A DNA stretch of 12,614 nucleotides, from NCBI GenBank assembly GCA_040260805.1, contig JBDQPD010000104.1, positions 1 to 12,614 on the forward strand, given 5' to 3'. The notes beneath the pieces are model-generated. The model was not told where the DNA came from, did not search any database, and saw nothing but the letters and a program-made list of their open reading frames with translations. Numbering within the stretch: the stretch's first letter is position 1; every line of letters starts with the position of its first letter. Below, piece after piece: positions 7,258 to 12,614 of the stretch. The stretch comes from Myxococcota bacterium. Its GTDB lineage: Bacteria; Myxococcota; UBA4151. The position numbers and the translations under genes are program-made.

Positions 7258-9393
7258 ATGATCACACACCCTCTTTCCATCGCCTGCGTTGCCTTCGGCT
7301 TGGTCACGACCAGCGCGTGTACCCAGCTGGTGCCGGTGCCCGATCCTGTGCCTTTGCCGGCGGTTGTGCCGCCACCCCCCACACCCGAACCCCAACCAGA
7401 ACCTGTCGAGTGGGGTACGCCGCCAGCTGCTGCGCTTGATTCGGGCCGGGTGATCTTGCACCGACTCAACAACGCCGAGCTGCAACGCTCAGCGCAGGTG
7501 CTCTTGGCCAGCGAGCTTGAGGTGCGCCACCTGCTGCCGCCCGATGCGACCGCCCACGGCTTCACCAACATCGCCGAGGCGCTGAGCACGAGCGTGCTCT
7601 ATCTTGAGGGGCTTGAGGGCGCGGTCGACGCCTTGATCGCTGATGGCCTCAGACCGCCGATCACCAGTCAGACAAGCCGCTATCAACCCGAAGAGGGTTC
7701 ATGGAGCGGCAACGGCATCGTGCCGCCAGCGAACGGGACCAACATGGGGTCCTGGAACGAGGACAGGCCCTCGGTCTTGCTCTACCACGGCGCCAGCCAG
7801 AGCGGCTACGTCTCGATCGCTCATCCGGGTCGCTATCACCTTCGAGTGGTGGCCTGCCACGAGGGCTTTGGGAACACCTGCCCCGAATCCCAGGCGCTCC
7901 CCTTTGCGATCAACAACGAGGTCGTCGCCGAGTTTGAGGTGTCGAACCGGTGCCGTCACCCGGCGACCTATGAGACCACGCTCGAGCTCGCGTCCGGGCA
8001 GCTGCACTTGACGGTCGGCGGAGCGGACACCGAGGCGTGCGACGGCAGCCACCACGCGGTCGACTGGATCGAGCTTGAGGGCCCCCTCGACGCTACCGGC
8101 GAGCTCCCGCCAGGACGAGCTAAGCTCTACGTCTGCGATCCAGAACCCGATGGAGCGGCCGACTCGGCATGTGCTCGGCGCATCGTTCATGAGTTCATGG
8201 ACCAAGCCTGGCGCAGGCCAGTCACCGACGCCGAGGTCGACGCCGTGATGAGCGTCTATGATGCGTCGCTAGCCGCCGGCGCAGACGTCCATGAGGCGCT
8301 CGGGCTTAGCGTCAAGCGCACCTTGCTGTCCCCTTGGTTCGTGTTTCGCGTCGAAGAGCCAGCGTCGCCAACCCAGCCCGCCGCCCAACCACTCAGCGCT
8401 CATGAGCTCGCCAACCGGCTCGCCTACGCCCTGTGGAGTCGACATCCAGACGACGAGCTGCGCGCACGAGCCGACGACAACACCCTGCTCGATGCCGAGG
8501 TCCTCGAAGCCCAAACTCGGCGCTTGTTGAGCGCACCTCAGGCCGAGAGTCTGGTCACTGGGTTTGGTGCTCAGTGGCTTGGGCTGAATGAATTTGACCA
8601 GGCGATACCCGACCCTGGCAGCTATCCCGATTTTGATGACTCACTGCGTCAAGCCATGGACGCCGAACTGCGCGACTTGGTCCGCCGAGCCCTGTTCGGA
8701 GAGTTATCGATGCTCGGTGTGCTGACCGCCGAGACCACCTGGGTTGAGCCAAGACTCGCTGAGCATTACGGGGTCGAGCAAGCGCAAGCGGGCTATCTCG
8801 CGGTCGATACTCGAAGCCGAGCAGGCTTGCTGACCACCGGCGCCTTTTTGACCGCGACGTCGACGACCACCCGCACCAGCCCGGTTCGGCGCGGGCACTG
8901 GGTCACCAAGCACATCATGTGCGAAGACCCACCCCCGCCGCCCGATGGCGTGGAGCAAGAGTTCGATGAGTCCGAGGGGTCGGCGACCGTCGTCGAGCAG
9001 CTCGCAGCGCATCGCGCCGACCCGGCCTGCGCCAGCTGTCATGACCAGCTCGACCCCATCGGGATCGCGCTCGAGAACTTTGACGGGATCGGCGCGCATC
9101 GCACCGAATACTCGGACGGCAGCGTGATCGACGCCTCGGGTAACCTGATCGGGGTCGGCTCTTTTGCGGACATCGCTGAGCTCAGCGCCGGCTTAGCCAG
9201 TCAACCCCGAACCCACCGCTGCATGGTTCAAAAGACGCTGACTTACATGCTCGGGCGCAAGCTCCGAGCCGACGACTGGCCCTTTATCGCCCCTGTGGAG
9301 CAGCGCTTTGTCACCAGCGGTCACTCCTTTGAGGAGCTGGTAGTCGGCATCGTTCAATCCGAAGTGTTTACGCACCACAGGGGAACGCCATGA
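7258..9393 (+). CDS. DUF1592-family (DUF1587/1595/1592/1588/1585; PSD/PSCyt3 domains) heme-c-binding putative lipoprotein
   Basis: Signal peptide with lipobox-like TSAC (Cys 7318-7320), then a Pro-rich linker. Motifs LHRLNNAE..LPPD....GFTN (DUF1587-like), FMDQAWRRPV (DUF1595-like), LSAHELANRLAYALWS..PD.EL...QWLG (DUF1592-like), R.GLLT.GAFL..TSPVRRG.W....MC..PPPPP and CASCH at 9028-9042 (DUF1588-like), LENFDGIG..R, TYMLGR (DUF1585-like). Confidence 0.9.
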   Translation: MITHPLSIACVAFGLVTTSACTQLVPVPDPVPLPAVVPPPPTPEPQPEPVEWGTPPAAALDSGRVILHRLNNAELQRSAQVLLASELEVRHLLPPDATAHGFTNIAEALSTSVLYLEGLEGAVDALIADGLRPPITSQTSRYQPEEGSWSGNGIVPPANGTNMGSWNEDRPSVLLYHGASQSGYVSIAHPGRYHLRVVACHEGFGNTCPESQALPFAINNEVVAEFEVSNRCRHPATYETTLELASGQLHLTVGGADTEACDGSHHAVDWIELEGPLDATGELPPGRAKLYVCDPEPDGAADSACARRIVHEFMDQAWRRPVTDAEVDAVMSVYDASLAAGADVHEALGLSVKRTLLSPWFVFRVEEPASPTQPAAQPLSAHELANRLAYALWSRHPDDELRARADDNTLLDAEVLEAQTRRLLSAPQAESLVTGFGAQWLGLNEFDQAIPDPGSYPDFDDSLRQAMDAELRDLVRRALFGELSMLGVLTAETTWVEPRLAEHYGVEQAQAGYLAVDTRSRAGLLTTGAFLTATSTTTRTSPVRRGHWVTKHIMCEDPPPPPDGVEQEFDESEGSATVVEQLAAHRADPACASCHDQLDPIGIALENFDGIGAHRTEYSDGSVIDASGNLIGVGSFADIAELSAGLASQPRTHRCMVQKTLTYMLGRKLRADDWPFIAPVEQRFVTSGHSFEELVVGIVQSEVFTHHRGTP

Positions 9394-10658
9394 AACGCAT
9401 GAACAGGAGACGGTTCGTTCGAGGCGGCGCCGGCGCATTGCTCGCCCTGCCCTTGCTCGAATCACTTTGGGGTCGAAAGGCGCTCGCCAGAACGCCCAGC
9501 GCGCCCCAACGCGCGCTGTGGTGGTTTACGCCCAACGGACAAAATATGGAGGATTGGGCGGTCAGCGGGACGGGCCCTGAATACACCTTATCGCCGATCC
9601 TGACGCCTTTTGCCCCGTTTCGCGAGCAGATGACGGTCGTTTCCGGGCTGCGAAACTATGGTGTCTCAACCCCGGGCGCCGATGACTCCGGTCACTCGGG
9701 ATGCGGCGCTTGGCTTCACTGCTCACCGCTCGACAGCGGCGGCGTCAGCGTCGACCAACAGCTCGCTGCGCAGATCGGTTCAGACACCCTGTTTCCGAGC
9801 CTAGAGCTTGGGCGAGTCGCAACTGGCGGCGACCATCGAACGGCGGTGTCGTGGGCTCAGGGCGATCTACCGCTGCCGAAAATCATCACCGCCAGCGCTC
9901 TGTTCGCGCGGCTTTTCGGCGCGTCGACATCCCTATCTCCTGAAGAAGCCCTGCGCGAGCGCAACGCCCGCGTCTCGGTGCTCGATGGTGTGCTTGAGGA
10001 CCTGAACAGCCTCGCCGTTCGGCTGCCCGCTCAAGACCAGATCAAACTCGATCAATACAGCACAGCGGTGCGTGAGCTCGAGCTGCGCATCGGGCGCGCT
10101 GGGGAGTCCTCATGCGATCCAGGTGAGGCGCCCAGCCGAGCGACAAACGAAGCCGAAGAGATCGACAACCTGTGCGCGGTGATGGTGCTAGCGTTGCAAT
10201 GCGACTTAACCCGCGTGATGACCTTTATGCTCGGCGGTGAAGCCAATAATGTAGGGCATAATTTTCTGGGGGTGCCCGAGTCCTACCACGGCTTGTCGCA
10301 CCACAACTATGACCCGGTCCAGCTCGCTAAACTGACCATCATTCAAACCTGGCAGTGCCAAGTGTTCGCTGACAGCCTGCTCAGCCGGCTCGCCGCCACG
10401 CCTGATGTGGACGGCAAGACCTTGCTCGACAACACCAGCGTTTTGTACGGCAGCGGCATCGGCGACAGCCACTACCACAACAATTACGATCTGCCCGCCG
10501 TGCTCTTTGGAGGGACCTCCACTTTTGCCCACGGACACCACCTAGCGGCGAGCGAGCAACCCTTAGCCAACCTGCATCTAGCGATCTGCGGCGCTGCGGG
10601 AGCCGAACTCAACACCTTAGGCACCGCAGGCGTCGAACCCTTAGCGGGGCTCACATGA
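9390..10658 (+). CDS. DUF1552 (HXXSHH) family protein with twin-arginine signal peptide
   Basis: N-terminal NRRRFVRGGAGALLALPLLESL; PNG, LSPILTP, SVDQ.LA.QIG..T.FPSLELG, ALQCDLTRV.TFM, HGLSHH (10287-10304), DGKTLLDNT.VLYGSG, H....LP. ATGA overlap with the DUF1592 gene, its usual partner. Confidence 0.92.
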   Translation: MKRMNRRRFVRGGAGALLALPLLESLWGRKALARTPSAPQRALWWFTPNGQNMEDWAVSGTGPEYTLSPILTPFAPFREQMTVVSGLRNYGVSTPGADDSGHSGCGAWLHCSPLDSGGVSVDQQLAAQIGSDTLFPSLELGRVATGGDHRTAVSWAQGDLPLPKIITASALFARLFGASTSLSPEEALRERNARVSVLDGVLEDLNSLAVRLPAQDQIKLDQYSTAVRELELRIGRAGESSCDPGEAPSRATNEAEEIDNLCAVMVLALQCDLTRVMTFMLGGEANNVGHNFLGVPESYHGLSHHNYDPVQLAKLTIIQTWQCQVFADSLLSRLAATPDVDGKTLLDNTSVLYGSGIGDSHYHNNYDLPAVLFGGTSTFAHGHHLAASEQPLANLHLAICGAAGAELNTLGTAGVEPLAGLT

Positions 10659-11077
10659 GCCTGAGGCATCTGGTCGTCATGACCTTATTGATCGCCTGTC
10701 AGGCTCCCATCGAGCCGGCGGCGACGCCACCGGCTGAGTCGCCTGCGCCAACCCCGCCCCCTGCGCCGGTGGCGCCAACACCCTTTGAGCGCGACCTGGC
10801 GCCCAAGCTAGCGGGCTGCCTTGGCTGTCACTCAGCAGACTCCCAAAACGGGCTCGATCTGACGGATCTTTGGGCGAGCGTCGGCGAGCCCTCGAGGCAA
10901 ATGGAGATGGCGCTGATCGCATCGGGCGACCACCTGCAGAGCTATTTATGGCATAAGGTAGCCGGCACGCACTCGATCGCTGGCGGCTTAGGGCAGCGCA
11001 TGCCGGTGGGCTCAGCGTGGTCTCAAGACGACATCGACTTGCTGGCGCGCTGGATCAACCTTGGGGTGCCTCGCTAG
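10655..11077 (+). CDS. Small monoheme c-type cytochrome lipoprotein (planctomycete cytochrome c-like)
   Basis: Lipobox LIAC (Cys 10697-10699), Pro/Ala linker, CLGCH (10817-10831), GLDL, GD..QSYLWHKV, RMP (candidate distal Met), L..WI..G terminus. ATGA overlap with the DUF1552 gene. Confidence 0.85.
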   Translation: MSLRHLVVMTLLIACQAPIEPAATPPAESPAPTPPPAPVAPTPFERDLAPKLAGCLGCHSADSQNGLDLTDLWASVGEPSRQMEMALIASGDHLQSYLWHKVAGTHSIAGGLGQRMPVGSAWSQDDIDLLARWINLGVPR

Positions 11078-12123
11078 GGTTTCACGTACACCCACAAGTA
11101 GCGATCGTCTGGGTTTTGACCAAAGCAATCGGCAGCCTCATAACTACACCCCGGGCCATTCACGATGAGGCGTCGCTCAATACGCCATGCGCAGCTTGAG
11201 CCGTCACTTCCCCAATGGGATTTACCGGCGTGCGGGTGCGAGGGCCTCCCATCAGCCCAGATAAAATTCGACATATTGATGTCGTTGCCGGTCCCCCAAC
11301 TGCTTCTTGTGATCAAGCCACGAGCCGGAGTGCCCGCATTAATCCCGGCTCCAAGCCCTTCACGAAAGACGTTGCGGTCAACCTCAATAAACTTGCTCTG
11401 AAGCGCGCTCGCACCGCAGTATAATCGCACTTTCCCCATGCCCTCGAGCGCACAAGCGCTGCCCCACTCCTGGGGGATATCCTCACGGTCTCGTCGGTCT
11501 AAATACCCGGCACACTGACGCCACCCCTCACCGATCACAGGACCTTCTTGACCGCTAAAGTTGTTCACCAAATGGCTTTGGTCTTCGCAGGCGTTCGAGC
11601 AGTCATCGCCGTCGTTGGCGTTGCCATCATCACAGGCCTCTTCACCCACCCAAACAAAGCCATCACCGCAGCGCGCTGTTTCGCAGTTCTCATTGCAGTC
11701 ATCGCTTGAGTCGGCGTTGCCGTCGTCGCAGGCTTCGTTCTCCTCGTGGACAAAGCCATCGCCGCAGCTCGCCAAGGCGCAGGTGCTCAAGCAGTCATCA
11801 GTGTCCTCGGCGTTGCCGTCGTCGCAGGCTTCGTTCTCAGCGTGGACCAAGCCATCGCCGCAGCTCGCCAAGACGCAGGTGCTCAAGCAGTCATCAGTGT
11901 CCTCGGCGTTGCCGTCGTCGCAGCTCTCTTCAGCCTCGACCACGCCGTTGCCACAATAGACTTCAGCGTCGATGGTCTGCGGTAATGGACAAGCTGCTAA
12001 GAACAGAACCCCAGCGACCACAGGAATTGAGCCCCACTGAGCGACAGTGGCCATCCTATGCTTGCGCACGACCTGCGACCAGCGGCGACGAACAGAAACA
12101 GCGAACAGTTCGAAACAACGCAT
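11074..12123 (-). CDS. Putative lipoprotein with four Myxococcus cysteine-rich (DUF4215-like) repeats and an unrecognised C-terminal domain
   Basis: Four CG[ND]G....E.CDDGN....D.C...C units; hydrophobic stretch ending in lipobox LAAC (Cys 11991-11989). ATG 12123 is preceded by GAGGAG at 6-nt spacing; alternative starts are GTG 12069 and ATG 12054. Confidence 0.88.
   Translation of the reverse strand: MRCFELFAVSVRRRWSQVVRKHRMATVAQWGSIPVVAGVLFLAACPLPQTIDAEVYCGNGVVEAEESCDDGNAEDTDDCLSTCVLASCGDGLVHAENEACDDGNAEDTDDCLSTCALASCGDGFVHEENEACDDGNADSSDDCNENCETARCGDGFVWVGEEACDDGNANDGDDCSNACEDQSHLVNNFSGQEGPVIGEGWRQCAGYLDRRDREDIPQEWGSACALEGMGKVRLYCGASALQSKFIEVDRNVFREGLGAGINAGTPARGLITRSSWGTGNDINMSNFIWADGRPSHPHAGKSHWGSDGSSCAWRIERRLIVNGPGCSYEAADCFGQNPDDRYLWVYVKP
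11587..11955 (-). repeat. Intragenic tandem repeat, 96-nt (32-aa) period, four units
   Basis: Segments 11711-11806 and 11807-11902 differ at only 4 of 96 positions by my count, and a partial copy follows at 11903-11923. The outer units are more diverged. Confidence 0.93.
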
Positions 12124-12483
12124 CGGGCACTCCTCGATCCATCCTCTTAATCGAGCGCGCTGGCTTTGTTAAGACCTCAGCGCCTGTTACCGACCAGCAA
12201 GACCTCAGCAACATAGAGCTTCGAATGCCGCGACTTCTGAGGGACACGCAGAGGCCAAACAATCATCGTCTTCAAAGTCGCAGCTCGAGGTACCTGCTCG
12301 ACTCGACCTTACACAGACGGCTCTTAGCAGCGCTTGAACACGGCTGTGCCTGGGCATCGATCGGCGCAATGCCGCCGCAGCCAAGCACCAGCGATTCAGG
12401 TACAGCGGGAGGCTGCCTCCGCGGATCCAAGCTGTCCAGCCCTGCACGCCCGACGCAACCACCGCCAGGCATAATGACTCCGT

Positions 12484-12504
12484 ACCGGCTGAGCTTCAGC
12501 CGGT
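12484..12504. repeat. Perfect 9-bp inverted repeat in the non-coding 3' region
   Basis: ACCGGCTGA-gct-TCAGCCGGT; no adjacent T-tract; function unknown. Confidence 0.6.
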
Positions 12505-12614
12505 GACAACGCCAACCGGGCGAGCGGCGAGTTGCTCGAGCGGTTAAGCTCATGGCACCTCAACTTGTAAGAGCAGCCTCGAGAAGCTCAAGTTACTGCC
12601 CTATTTTCAGGAAC

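Noticed and set aside
5012..10922. Numerous 60-170 aa antisense or alternative-frame ORFs (e.g. 5012-5491, 5597-6034, 7699-8205, 8704-9099, 10206-10541)
   Set aside because: They overlap well-supported genes and lack motifs; expected in GC-rich DNA.
11587..11955. Repeats as a CRISPR array
   Set aside because: 96-nt in-frame coding units with no unique spacers and no cas genes.
12484..12504. Hairpin as an intrinsic terminator or tRNA arm
   Set aside because: No U-tract on either strand, no supported gene ends nearby, and no cloverleaf or T-loop motif.
11561..12506. + strand ORFs 11561-11959 and 11706-12506 with repetitive Ser- or Arg-rich translations
   Set aside because: Largely antisense shadows of the Cys-rich repeat gene; their periodicity derives from it.
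12272..12553. 93-aa minus-strand ORF with GAGGT 3 nt upstream of ATG
   Set aside because: SD spacing is too short and the translation has no recognisable features; not excluded, but unsupported.

Overview
GC-rich bacterial DNA whose gene content (DUF1592/DUF1552 pair, Myxococcus-type Cys-rich repeats, FAAL) suggests Myxococcota; this taxonomy is inference. Seven coding regions are supported: (1) the 3' part of a photolyase/cryptochrome-family gene; (2-3) a translationally coupled pair encoding a fatty acyl-AMP ligase-ACP-terminal reductase fusion and a cytochrome P450; (4) a convergent PutP-like Na+/solute symporter; (5-7) an ATGA-coupled operon of a DUF1592-family heme-c lipoprotein, a Tat-exported DUF1552 (HxxSHH) protein and a small monoheme cytochrome c lipoprotein; followed by an eighth, a convergent lipoprotein with four Cys-rich repeats. 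The two most interesting items are the minimal FAAL-ACP-R + P450 lipid-modifying cassette with no PKS/NRPS, and the three-gene extracytoplasmic heme/metal system of unknown function. No RNA genes, CRISPR arrays or mobile elements were recognised. All family assignments come from motif recognition by eye, not database searches.
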